Origin: Geosiphon pyriformis uo1 | Taxonomy: Eukaryota; Fungi; Glomeromycota | Assembly: GCA_016748015.1 (NCBI GenBank) | Contig: JAAOMT010000319.1 | Coordinates: 19,778-83,777 of the forward strand | Direction: 5' to 3' | Length of the DNA stretch: 64,000 nt | Shown here: positions 29,333 to 44,044 of the stretch, piece by piece | Position numbering within the stretch: position 1 is the stretch's first letter | Layout of the letters: each line of letters begins with the position of its first letter | Notes under the pieces: generated by a model | What the model saw: only the letters and a program-made list of their open reading frames with translations | Told to the model about the DNA's origin: nothing | The model's database searches: none | Made by a program: the position numbers and the translations under genes

Positions 29333-30345
29333 TTAATCTTTTTTAGCATTCTGTTTTGCCTGCTGCTCTGTATAGCGCACCCATTGTTCTAGCTCAACTT
29401 TTTCCTGAATTTTTCTTTTCACATACCATTCAGAATTATTTTCGATCCAATCGAGCAATGCACTTGTGTAAGTATCCTCTTTTAAGGATTTTTTCTCCAC
29501 AAAAAACAACCCCTCTGCGGAAAGCATGTGACTCAACCTTGTACCTTTATCCCCATTATTTTTGACTTGTTCCCACAAGGCCATTCGATAGCTTCTTTTT
29601 ATTCATTTGCAATTCGCTTAGCGGTACCCGTGTTTCATATAACCCGCCCAACCAATCGTAACGTTCAAAAATGAGAAAAGGATCACCGTTTTCAGGTGAC
29701 AAGAGTTTCGGATTGAATGAGGCTTTCCTGGCTCTTAGACTAATACTACGCGGGATCTCAATATAAAAGCGAGACACGTAGGGGGCGCTTACGAAATTTA
29801 CCAAAATGATTGGGATTAGAGAAGCTATTCCAACTGGGATCAGGGAAGAATAATACAAATCATGTCCGACAGGCATTTTAAAATTTATTGGAACGAGTCA
29901 GATCTAAAATTAAAATCAAAAGCTTCGTGAATAAAAACCTACCTAAAATACTCCCAATCACAGGTTCCTTGCCCACAGCAAGTATGTAAGGGGTAAGGGC
30001 ATAACCGCAAGACCCCACCGAAAATGAGAATTACTTAAATTGTTTGACTGTTCTACCTAATGGGTCAATATATAGGAGCTCACGGTCCATTTTTTGAGGT
30101 TTGATGTCTAATGTGTGTTTTTTATCATTTTTATTCTTTTCATCACTAGAAAGGAATCTTGAATGAGAAAAGCTTTGTGAAGACATTTTTCGGAGAAGTG
30201 AATTTAAAGTAACATTAAGACGCGAAATTTTCAAGTTTTCATTGGGAAGTAGACGTGACTTATAATTTGTGCACAAGAAAATTTTAGTTTTAATGTTGAC
30301 ACTATGCAAGGAGTTTGACAATGAACTGAATACTCGCCACTGCAT
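29333..30345 (-). pseudogene. Mitochondrial inner-membrane protein of TMEM70/186/223-like type, disrupted
   Basis: Basic, Ser-rich presequence MQWRVFSS..., LLYIDPLGRTVKQFK*FSFSVG (in-frame TAA at 30031-33), two hydrophobic segments, PYVSRFY, and a frameshift near 29580. Confidence 0.6.
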
Positions 30346-30795
30346 CTTGGATAAAGGGTAAATGTGACTAGTCCTCGAGAATAAGAATTCAACATATAAT
30401 GTGCAGCATGTTTTAAAAAGAATCGGAATCAAAGGTCACTTTAAATCCAACAAAGTCAGTTTAAATTTTGATTGGCCAAAGAAGATTTTATCGGACTATT
30501 TACGATGACTAAACTTTGATATCTAAAGCTAATGAAACGAGTTTTTCAATACTTTTATTCTGAAGCTAGAAGATTAAAGAGCAAACTTGACAAACCAAAA
30601 GCTAGAGTTTGACCACTGTTTATTTCCAAAATTATTCCTTCAAGGTTTGCCAAACTGCCGTCTGACCTGACCAACAAGTCTTTGCCACAACTTCGGCACA
30701 AACCCTATTCTGGGTCAAAAGACACTCTTCCAGCAGGTTTTTCGACTACTATTTCTTATGGGCCTCTTAACAATACACGTATAGTAAAAACGGAT

Positions 30796-32974
30796 ATGAA
30801 AATCCTCTTGACAGAACAGGAAACAAAAATATGCAATATCTTGACTGATGTTACTGAATTGTTGAAAAAAGATAAACCAAAAATGGCCGACTTAACTTTA
30901 AGAATTGCTGGTGGATGGGTTCGTGATAAAGTGAGCTTTTTTTACTCACAACTATTGATGATTCTGTACGTTTAAAGTGGGCTTCTTTGACTTTAGTCTT
31001 CCTCAATGTCTTGATTTTTCAATTCAATACATCAGCTTCTCGGATTAGAGTGTGAACAAGTATCTTTGTGAAAACAACTACCCAGTAAGTTCAATAGGCA
31101 AAATTGAAAAAAATTCTGGTAGATCGAAACATTTGCAGACCGCCGCAACAAAAGTATTTGGGCTTGAAGTAGATTTGTAAATTGAAGGAGTGAGGTTTAT
31201 CAAGAGGATAGGCGAATCCCGAAGAAAGTCGTGAGTATTTTGAAAAAATCAAATGAATTATGGTGCGTCTATCTATTAAATCTAACCTTATATATAGGTT
31301 TTTGGTACACCAAAAGAAGATGCATTGCGTCGGGATATCACGATCATTCTACAATATACATACGCGACAAGTTGAAGATTTCACAGAAAAAGTTTGTTTC
31401 TATGATAACAGATTTTACTGTTAACGTTTTATCAAAAATCCCCTTAATAATCATTGAATTGATTAATGTTTTTGCAGGGTCTTGAGAATTTGTCGCTTGG
31501 ATTGATTAGAACACCGCTTCCCGCATATCAAACATTCTTGGAGAATCCCCTACGTGTCCTTCGATGTATACGTTTCGCTAGTCGATTTCATTTCAGTATA
31601 GTGGATGAAATATTAGAAACTGTTAAAAATGAAGATATAAGGGTGAAACCAATTTTTATATCCCGGGTTGCACACGGCTGTTAAACCCTTATTCATATTT
31701 TGGTCTATTAAAGGTGGCTTTGTTGTCAAAGATTAGTAGAGAACGTGTGGGAATAGAGATTGATAAAATGATCAAAGGTGTGTATACTCTGTGAACAATA
31801 TTCCTTTGCTTTTTGATTGTTTTCCACTCTAATAGTTATCCGATCATTCCAGCAAGTGATCCCCTACATTCTTTTGAACTCATTCAATCATTCAATCTTT
31901 ATGAGATTATATTCATTCCACCATCTCAAACGACAATAATTTCTGGAATTATTCATAAACCAATTATGGGTGTAAATGTCTCCAGAATCTTAAAATGGTG
32001 AGAATAAATAATTTGCTTCTCCGAGCAAAAAGGTAACTTCTAAACTCTTTAATTTGTTAATAGGTTAATTTCGTCAGGTGAAAGCACCCTTGATCCCGAT
32101 ATTTCCATTCGACCATTGGCAGAAGTCAGATCATTGTATCTTGCATCAATTCTAGTTCCTTATTTAAATGTGGTTGTACAAGATGGTAAAAGAGAAGTTC
32201 CAGCTGTTTCTTCAGTTATTCGAAAAAGCTTAAAGGTTTTGGCAATCCCTTTCATTAATAATTATTGGCACTCAGCAAATATGAATTATTGAATTTTAAC
32301 TTGGATTTTTCAGCTACCAAATTCCGACATTGATAATATTACTAAATTATTTGATGCGATGGGGCCACTAAACTCGGCTGCAATCAAAAACGAAGCGACT
32401 CCTTTGGATAGGGTTTACCTCGGTAATCTTTATCTTATTGGAATTTTCTAAGAACGTAACTGGATTGATTAACTTTTTTTAATAGGCCTGTTGATATGAA
32501 AAATTGGAGATAAATGGCCAATGGCTTTAATTTTAGGACTAGCATTAGAGCTATTGCCGAAGGAAAAAGATATTGAATATCAGCCGAGTAAGTTGTTGTT
32601 GTGGTTTCTCAATCTTCATTTCTAATCTCAATCAAATTTTTCTTTTTGACTTTTGAAGCTTTAAATTAAAATAGTCTGCACATGATCCAAAGATTCAATA
32701 AACTGATAGATCGAATTAGAGAGTTAGTCTTGCAAGACTCCTACGAAATTAAGCCTATTATTAACGTAAGAATTGTTCGATGTTTTCTAAAAAATTCTAT
32801 CTTGTTAAAGTAAATGAAATTTTGTAGGGTAAAGAAATCATCCAACTACTGGATATACGAATGAGACCAGGTTTTAAAGAGTACCAGCGATGGGTGTTGG
32901 AATGATAATTGGAACATCCTGAAGGAACAAAAGAAAAATGCAAAGAATACATAAAAGATAAATATAAAGAATAA
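30796..32974 (+). pseudogene. CCA1: CCA tRNA nucleotidyltransferase pseudogene
   Basis: LRIAGGWVRDK|LLGLEC, SKHLQTA, DFVNLRSEVY, DALRRDIT, NPLRVLRCIRFASRF, KISRERVGIEIDKM. The DxD catalytic segment after LLGLEC is deleted (~31053); frameshifts near 31175; stops at ~32497 and ~32903-08. Confidence 0.9.
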
Positions 32975-33046
32975 ACAGCTGAAGTCTTTTATAGAGGGCG
33001 ATAATAGACACAGGTGGATTAGGATAATGTAGGTCAGCCATCAAGG

Positions 33047-33786
33047 TTATCGCCGATGTCGCTTTACCAATTGAAATCCCTCTTCGTCTACAATAGGCGG
33101 TCGCGAATCACAAAAGTTATTTGTACTATTTCCCCTCCATTTCACTTGACCCAGTATACATTGATTCATCTTGGCCACTCACCTCGTTACTGTTCCCATC
33201 GCTACTATCATTGTCATTATCAATCTTAGCTTTATTTGAAGTGGAAATCTGATTCATAAATCTTTGATGCCTTTCCTGTAACATGGTGACTGTAACATAG
33301 TAGCCTTCCACGCAGTCTTGATACAAGTTTACTAAATCTTGGGATAACTGTAAGATGTGGACAAACGGATCAGTGATGAGAATATCTAACAATAAATTGA
33401 TTTTCCTTTTTACCTGATATGCTGAATCATCTTCGAGCAGGGTATTGAATTCTTCTGTCATCACCAGGATAAGAATTGATTCAATATCCTCCGGATAAGT
33501 ATCTTTTCAATCTATTTGTATGAGATCGAGAATTAATATGGTATTTTTTAAACTCTACGTATGTCTATATCCTAATGAACATTGAAAAATTCTCACTTTT
33601 CTCAAACTGCTCTACCACCACACCAGCCAGCCACCCCCGCTTATCCTCGGAATCAACGCCACCCCATTGATCATCAACCGCCAGTTTTAAGGCAGTCCAG
33701 AAATGTAATAGAAGGGCTACCCCATTCGAAAAGTGTGCAAGCGATTCGGAGGGAATATTCGGTCTTGCGTCGGTAGATGAAGACAT
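33047..33786 (-). pseudogene. TSR2: Pre-rRNA-processing protein TSR2, disrupted
   Basis: WTALKLAVDDQWGGVDSEDKRGWL and MTEEFNTLLEDDS. Splicing exon 1 to exon 2 gives N*KDTYPEDIE (in-frame TGA at ~33507-09). The conserved tail VDEEGFQLVKRHRR* lies beyond a premature stop/frameshift. Confidence 0.85.
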
Positions 33787-33908
33787 TGGGGCTATTATGA
33801 TATGAGTAATAATTAGTTGGGCTCCAGAAAAAACCAAAATTTTGGACCAATAACATAATAGTTTTTGGGATAAATAGTCTGATCGCTGTCAATAACAATC
33901 ATTCGCAA

Positions 33909-33928
33909 CGACGCGCCTCGACGCGTCG
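33909..33928. promoter_or_regulatory. Paired ACGCG (MCB-like) motifs including the palindrome CGACGCGTCG
   Basis: CGACGCGCCTCGACGCGTCG about 125 nt upstream of the TSR2 ATG. Confidence 0.45.
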
Positions 33929-34199
33929 CACCGTTTTTTTGTTATTGTTTTTGATTGTCGATCCCCCTAACAATATATAAAGGTCCTTTGAATCAGCCCA
34001 ATTTCGTCTTTATAACATGAAGATAGGTTATTTCCTTTCACTTTGGTTCAATCCTTTTTTCTCTTTTTCATGGTTAAATATACTTATGTTCTTTACCCAG
34101 TTTCAATCACCTATTTTCAAAGTTTTCAGGTTATACTTTTATGTTACTTTTCCTTTGTTGTAAACCTCTTCCTCTACAGAATATTAATCTATACATTTC

Positions 34200-35270
34200 G
34201 TATGAGCTTTGGAATTCCGTGGCTTTTTCATCCCCATTTATTCATCCTTTTGCCCCTTGAGCTTTAGACACCTTATACCAAATGCGACAGTTTTCTTCTA
34301 CCTGTGGTTCACCCGGGTTTGACTTTTTGCTTTTTAGTCTTGAAAATGTTGGGAGCTTGCTCGGAATCGGTCCAAGTGTTTTACGGCCCAAGACAACTGC
34401 GAGTAGGTGTGACGGTAAAGAGAGCCACGGAATATCCTTTCAAATTTTCAGCTTTACCTTCCATTCGATTAGATTAAGGGCAGTATAAATGTTTTTTGTA
34501 TTTTCCCCAACTGTTCGGATACTCACTGTCATTTTTCGGTTTTTGAATTTCCTCCTTACAAAATCCTTTGGTTTGTATTGGTAAGAAATTGCCTTTTGAA
34601 ATGATTGTAAATGCCTAACTTTTTCATTATTTAACTCACTTCATATTCTTGACTTTGGGTTCGGAGCGGTCCTCGATCAATTTATGGGAGAAGTGCAAAT
34701 ATTCCAAAGCGGTTGGTGAGGCGGGACACCTCACAAACTGAGGACTTCCTACCTTGAAATTAAGGGCATGCCCCTGCAATTACAGGACATTTCTCCATGT
34801 TCAGTTACCTGCGTGTAGGATATTGATTTTCTTTTCTTTTAGAAACGTTACAGTACACGAGACGCGAATGCTGCGTACGATCAGATTTTTCAGTTTTAAT
34901 TGCAGACCCTGAGTTAGGGCTCTCCCAACTCCTAAGACTTAGACGAGGATTCGAGTCCCCCGTACTCCACCTTAGCGACACCATGATTCAGCCTATTAAC
35001 TGTAATGGAGTATCAGGTGTGTGGGAAAGCGCCTTGTTCAACTTAATAGTTTTGACTTTAACACCTTAATAACTTTCTCGGTGCATTGGCCAAACTCACA
35101 TCTGTCCAGTGGTTCGATGGTTTCTTTGGCTAGCTAATTTCCTCGTAAATTTTCACTCCATTCCCAACCTGGTTCTCTTGCCTCTCATCGGATTCGCCCA
35201 TGGACCTGGTCTTAATTGCTCTCGCCTCACCGTGGCGACCAGGTGACAAATAATTTATTAATGAATTATT
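34200..35270 (-). pseudogene. Unidentified multi-exon gene relic
   Basis: Exon-like GC-richer blocks with minus-strand GTGAGT/GTAG donors; readings such as LIEWKVKLKI*KDIPWLSLPSHLLAVVLGRK contain stops. Confidence 0.4.
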
Positions 35271-35525
35271 TGGCTAAGAAGAGCACGATAAAATTGCCAT
35301 GGGAAGATTGAATAGCTTTTTGTAATTCATCTCAATAACTATTTAATTATAAATATATCCAAAAATGTAAAACTAATTTCGTCTGAAAAATTCACATTTG
35401 CATTTCTTGAGCACCTATAATAAATAAATAAGCTATTATCAATTATTTTAACCCAAAATTTACATGATATTAAAGAGAGAAAATGTTGTGTCCCGTCTTG
35501 GATTAGCATTTCAATTCTGTATAAT

Positions 35526-37811
<2,286 letters not shown>

Positions 37812-38339
37812 AGCTCAAATGCTGCTTGTGGAGCCAAGCTGTTTATTTACACGAGGGAAAATCCAACCTAATTATACGATCTATAAGCGGTATCTATGTC
37901 AATAGAACGTCAAAGGTCAAGTCCTGAAGTAGCAGAATGTGATATTTATATTATGCGGAGAAATTTCTGAGGTGCTGGTGATCTCTATTTTAGAGTTTCG
38001 AAAGTCACCGATCATGATTATCCCATGGTTTGACTACTCTATTCAATAGTAACCTACCATATTGATAAATCTGGTAGAAGTTAATTGAACATTAACCAAA
38101 AAGCGAGTTTACTCGCACGCGAGGCAATTAAATTAAATAAACTTTTATTTTTTCTAGATTATATTTGATACTATTAGGTAAATTAAGTAGTAATACCAAA
38201 TATTTATAATTAATAAATGAATACAATTTTATTTTATAATTATGATCATATTTTGATGATCAATCCGAAATTTGGAATTGTATATAAAACGATTTTATTA
38301 ATTAAAATAAAATTATATATTTATTCAATATAAATTTGA

Positions 38340-41100
38340 TTTAATTCTTCTAAAATACTATCTGGAAATCTTCAGAGACTTGTATTTTTTAACTGCATAT
38401 TCTGTAAATTCCTTTTCTATATAACCAAGTTTTTCTAGCAAATCTTCTAATTGTAATTGAAAGACACAGATTCGAAACTTTAAAGTAGAATTTGTTGCAA
38501 TTTTGTTTATAAATAATCACAATTTTCTCTAACATAGTGTTTGGCTGCTTCCAATGTTTCTCAATAAAATTCAGTTCACAATGAAATTTAAAATAAAAAA
38601 TACATTTATGTTTTGCTTTTTCAATTACTTCTGCAATTGCACTTTTTTGTGTTAAAAAATCTGGCTCTAAAAAAATTGCTTAGTATATACAACAAAAAGT
38701 GTTATAGTTTTTGTTTTTGCATTCTTTAGATTCAATCATAAGTTCTTTTAATAGCCATTTTTCTCTTTTTAATAAAATATAAGCATTTTTTTATAATTTT
38801 TTATTAAAATAATTAATGAAAATACTATTAATTAATTTTGATTATTTGATTTAAAATAAGCATTATGCATCTTTGGTTGTTTTTTATTAGGTTTAAAACA
38901 TATTTGCTGTGTAATTAAAGTAATTTTTTGGTATATTGCATAATTTAAACTGTAATAAAAAGCAATAATGTCTATACAATTTAGATAAAGTTCTTTAAAA
39001 ATTAAAATTGCTTTTTTTAATTGTTTAATTATTTAATTAAATATTCAATAATTTAATATCTTTATTATTATTTTTAGCTTTAAATAACAACATGGTTTTT
39101 TTGAAATTGTTAGATAATTTTGAATATAAGCAAGTTTAAGTTGTAATTCTTTATTCATTTTTGTAAAAAATTTATTAATTATAATTAATTTTTTTGTATA
39201 ATAGCAATTTTTTATGATTATTATAAAAGATTTTTACTTAATAAAATAAGTTAATATAAAGTAATTCTGACTATTTTTTGTGATTTTTATATTTATTAAA
39301 ATAATTTTTCTTTTTTTTTATAATTACATTTAGAGCAAAAAATAAAATAATTGTAACTTTTATTTTTGATATTGTTTTTACCAATTTTAATGTTTAAAAA
39401 AAATTTTAATGTAAAAACAATTAAATAACACTTTTTCAAAATGGTTTGTTAAGTAATATAGAATTAAAGTAATCTTTAACTGTTGTTAAAACACTATTTT
39501 GTGGCTTTAAGTAGAAGTTTTTTTTATTTAAGAATTTTTTTAAATAACTAACTAAATATAATTATTATTATTACAAAAAATTTTAAAGTTTTTAATAACA
39601 AATTGGTAATAAACTTTTTTTTGTTATTTTTCATATATCTGTTTAAATAACTAAAAAAGCCAAAATAATAATTTTTTTTAAAATCGGTATTTTTTTTATA
39701 AAAAATAAAATATTGGTTTTATTTAGTTTTTTCATATTTACAATAATTTTATAGTAAATATACTAATTATAATATCTAATTTGAATTTAATTATAAACAA
39801 AAATTTTTTTATTTAAATATTAATAATAATATGTTTGTTAAAATTGGCTTTAATTAATATAGAATTAAATTGCTTAATATATTAAATTTTTTTCAATTCT
39901 AAAAGCTAAACAATTTATATTTCTATAATAAAACTAATTCCATTATAAAGAAAGAATATAATTAACAGATAATAACACATACTAATATAAAATAGTAAAT
40001 AATAATAAAAAATAGTATAAAATAATTAGTAATATATTAAATAGCAAAAAATAACAATAAATAACAAATTATGATAAGTAATAACAAAATAGTATAAAAA
40101 TAACAAAATTTTAAAAGTTATTTCATAAAACAAAAAATATGTATATATATAAATAATTTTAATTTAAAAAAAAATTTAATTGTTAATATTGTTTTTAATA
40201 TTAAAGTTTGAGTTATTTGGATTTAAATTATATAATTTTTTTTTAGACTAATAAAATCTGTAATTGGTTTTAAAATCTTTATAATTATTTTATTTATAAA
40301 AAGTTATATGTAAAAACTGTTGTTTTTTTGGTTTTTTTGTTATTGGTATTAATTTTTTAGTTGACTTTAAATTGGCTTTTTTAAAATTTATTTTGAATAA
40401 AATTTATATTATTTATAAGTTTATTAATGTTTTGGTTGTTTTAATTATTAAATTAATAAGTGATTTTTTCTTAATATTAAAATAAAAAAGAAATTTATTG
40501 TAATTAAAAAGAATATTAGCATTTTTAGAAAAATTGTTAATTTGAATAAAAAAATTATGATTTTTAAAATAAAATATAAAATAAATAGTTTACCAAATAA
40601 TAATATATTTAATAATAATTCATATTTTTTTGTTAATAAAAAATAAATTTTGCGAAAATAATAATACTTTGAAATCTATAAACTTTTAATATCAAATTTA
40701 ATGCAAATAAAACTGTTGTATGATTAACTGGTTTGGTTTTTGGTAGTAATAATTTGGTTGGGGTTATGCAAAAAATGGCATTTTTGAATAAGTTTTTTTT
40801 TTGTAAATTTAATTTAGTTTAATCTTAATTGGTTTAAGTAACTAATCATATTAAAAAACATATAAATTATATTTAATTTAGAGTATTTTTCAATTATATT
40901 TTATTAAATAGTAATTGAATTACACTTAGTTAAATTAATTATAAAGTTTTTTTTCGTTTTAACAAAGTTTTTGGAGTTTTAAAAACTAATACTGTTTTTT
41001 ATTTTTTTGTTTAAGATTTTTTTTTAATATTATATAGTGTTATTTAATTGATTTAAGTAGTTAATTACATATAAAAAAGTATATGTTTATTATGTATATT
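38340..41100 (-). mobile_element. Large IS630/Tc1-mariner-type DDE transposase relic, heavily AT-eroded
   Basis: 38340-38760 reads CCIY*AIFLEPDFLTQKSAIAEVIEKAKHKCIFYFKFHCELNFIEKHW..AAKHYVRENCDY...TIRRFARKTW...EYAVKKYKS, matching the fungal PKFHCELNxIE transposase C-terminus as I recall it. The remainder to ~41100 is unreadable and its extent is inferred from composition. Confidence 0.7.
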
Positions 41101-42493
41101 ATTATATTAGTAAATAACATTGTAAAAATAGCATAGGTGTAGATTATGCGCTTTCTACACGTGACCACACACACCAGCATCATTTTAATAGATTAATTTA
41201 TATCTCCAAAACTGATCGCGATTGGATTCATTCCGTTAATCCGACTTGAATTGGAAATCCTCTTCTTCCTTTTCCTCTTTTTCCATTTCAGCAGTTAAAT
41301 ACTCATTGAGACCCTTTTGTAGTACTATTAAGGCATTTGTGAGTCTTCTATTATGATTTTTCTTTTGAGATTAGAAAATTAGTAGTTTGCCGAACATTAC
41401 TGAATCAAGGTCAATTATAAAGAGCTTCTTTCCTTCTCTATATGCAATTCATATTAAGAAGCGTCAATAATTTTATGCGTAATAAACTTTTAGATTTCAT
41501 TTAAATTTCGCGTCACGAAGTTGGTATGGATTAACATGACTGGTTTCTTTAAAAAGAACACGATTCTCATTACCATAGAATAATGATCAGGAGATGGTCC
41601 CCATCAACATGCATGGATGGAGATAGGATTCAACAACGTTCCTATGAGGATGCCAATGAAAGCACAGATAAAAATATGGGAATGAGACTCATGGGAATGA
41701 TGCCAAGGCATAACGAGATGATGTCGCTTTCAAGCCCTGAAAAGCCCTTGAAACCAATTACCTTCAAACAAACTGAGCACATTCTTTCCTTTGCATACCG
41801 GCTAACTCTTTTTTTCATATTCGGCCCGTTGTAAAGAAAAACTTTAAATCTAATAGCCTTTAATTTCCTTTGACTTTTTCTCGCATATTAAATACAACAT
41901 GTTATTATCTCTTCGATATATTCGATCATAGTAAGCGGAAATATTTATCTTCTATTCATTATAATTAATTTATAATTTATTGTGGCAACAACCTACTACC
42001 TAGGGGTGACTAGAAAACAATTGAAATAACAAACTCAGAAACAACAGCAACGACAAAAACCAGGGAAAAGTGAATTTTAAAGCGATTATATACATTCCAT
42101 TTCTGGATAGATTATCATCGGCTATTTACTAACTCAGGTTTTAAAATATAAATATAAATATGTCACATGTATTTTTGATTTATTAAACATCTCTGCAATA
42201 ATAAAACATAACAAGTCAGGAAATTAGAAATTTCAAATAGCCTAAATCAATCATGAATCAATACAAAATTAAGCAAATAAAGTCTTTTGATTAACCATTT
42301 TTGTAAGACCAATATTGGCCATTCATAAACGTTTCGCTGCCCAAATATTTAAGAGCGTAGAGCCGAGCTGATTTGTTTTGGTCATTGTATAAACTCCGTC
42401 ACCATTATCTATTGGCCGCTGTTATCCTTCGTGTCAATAGAAAAGTACCCATTGTGATTTTTCTTTTGCAAAGAAAATATTTTTGTAGTTGAC

Positions 42494-43300
42494 ATGGAAA
42501 AAATACTTGCGAGACGATGGTCAGCGACACTATCGAGATTCATATAACGAAAATGAGGATATTTTTTCCGGGTTATCACATGACATAATGTTAAAAATCT
42601 TATGCTTGTTGAATGAGCGAGATATTTTTTCTGTTGCTCTAGTAATGTCTCATAAAATTTTGTTTTGTATATCTCAAAGGAAAATTGTAAATAATTTATG
42701 TATTTAACCAAAAAATTTTGCTATTAATCAGGTTAACAAAAACTAGTTTTCGCATACCAAAGATAATTAATAGTGGGACATAATTTTTATGTTACGTTTT
42801 GGAGATGAAGAGAATGGAAAGGGACAAAGCTTTAAATCTAGTGATGATGAAGAGCAGGAGGAACAGGAAGATGATGAAGATGAAGAGGAGGAGGAACAGG
42901 GACAGGAAGATGTACGAAATAGACCTGAAAAAGATCCAAAAGAAGATAGATGAGGAAAAAACAGAAATTGATTGGCGTAAATTATACAAAAAATTAGGTA
43001 AGAGGTGGTAATTTTTTTGTCTCCTCAATTTATATAATCAAAGGAATAAAGTTGGAATAATATTAACATGGATCGAATTACTCCTTTTTAGCGGGAAACC
43101 TAATATCCTACGTTGCAAAAGAAAGACAGATTATTTGGATTGAAAGCAGTGCTTATTGGGTAATTGAAAATGATAAAGAGAGGTGATTATCTTCATTTAT
43201 TTCTCTCCCAAATTTTGATTAAAAGTTAATAACTTTTAATTTTAATAAAAGTAAATTTGGAAAAATTGCGCGATTCAACCATGTTTGGTGATTTAATTAG
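42494..43300 (+). pseudogene. F-box protein with acidic insert and truncated PP2-like C-terminal domain
   Basis: FSGLSHDIMLKILCLLNERDIFSVAL|VNKN*FSHTKDN**WDIIF (F-box), D/E-rich stretch, IDWRKLYKKL, then AKERQIIWIESSAYWVIENDKE|SKFGKIARFNHVW*F; breaks off at ~43300. Confidence 0.7.
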
Positions 43301-44044
43301 AACTCACTTATTAGGGATTTTCTTAGCAGTAGACTATAAACCTTTGATTATTTTTTATAATTAATAATAGAGAAGGTATTTATTAAAAAAATAATTGATA
43401 ATGTCCAAGACCAAACCACTTGGAAAGCTTGCTTGAAAAAAACTTGTTTGCTAGATTTTTCAGGTTAAAAAAAGGTTCTTGTGGTTATTTAATGAGATAG
43501 TTTTGCTCTCTTTTCTCTTAACCGTTTTAGTTCCAAGTAGATTTTTTAAGTTATCCCCCCTCTTTATGACAAAAGATTTTCCAGCCATCCCGATTACTCT
43601 CTTTTTCATTAGTTCAGTAAGAAACTCTGTTTAGTCTACTTCACCCATTACTGGCTGCGAATAAACCTCTTATGGCATTTATCACATTTTTGCTTTTGAT
43701 CCATGTCTAGCTGTTAATTCTTATTGTCCTATTAATAGCATCGAAGTAGAGTAATTTAAATTGATTTTTCCTAATCGTCAAGACATTAAATTTATCCAAA
43801 AAAGAAAGCAGACAAAAAAACTCTTAATGGTATTCATAGAACGCTCTTGTATGATGCGTCATGAGATGAAAGGATGTATAATAAAAAGTAGCATTATCCT
43901 ACAAAAAAGATGCCAAAGTTATTATGAACAGATAAGTGCTTGAAAAAAAGAAAGTCAAATAAAGGAATGAGAGGTCATTTTTAAAGAGATTATTGAGTAT
44001 CTTTGGATGAATAGAAAACAAACTTATAATTACTTACCTATTAT

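Noticed and set aside
40450-40720. Possible reverse-transcriptase remnant (KFDIK...LLFG) on the minus strand
   Set aside because: At this GC level such matches arise by chance; the only readable adjacent protein is a DDE transposase.
41580-41835. RAEYEKRVSRYAKE (E2-like C-terminal helix) and the Met-rich ORF 41583..41834
   Set aside because: Too short and no UBC core nearby; possibly another gene relic but unassignable.
42799-43011. K/R/M-rich 70-aa ORF
   Set aside because: Mostly an off-frame reading of the acidic GAR/GAT stretch of the F-box pseudogene.
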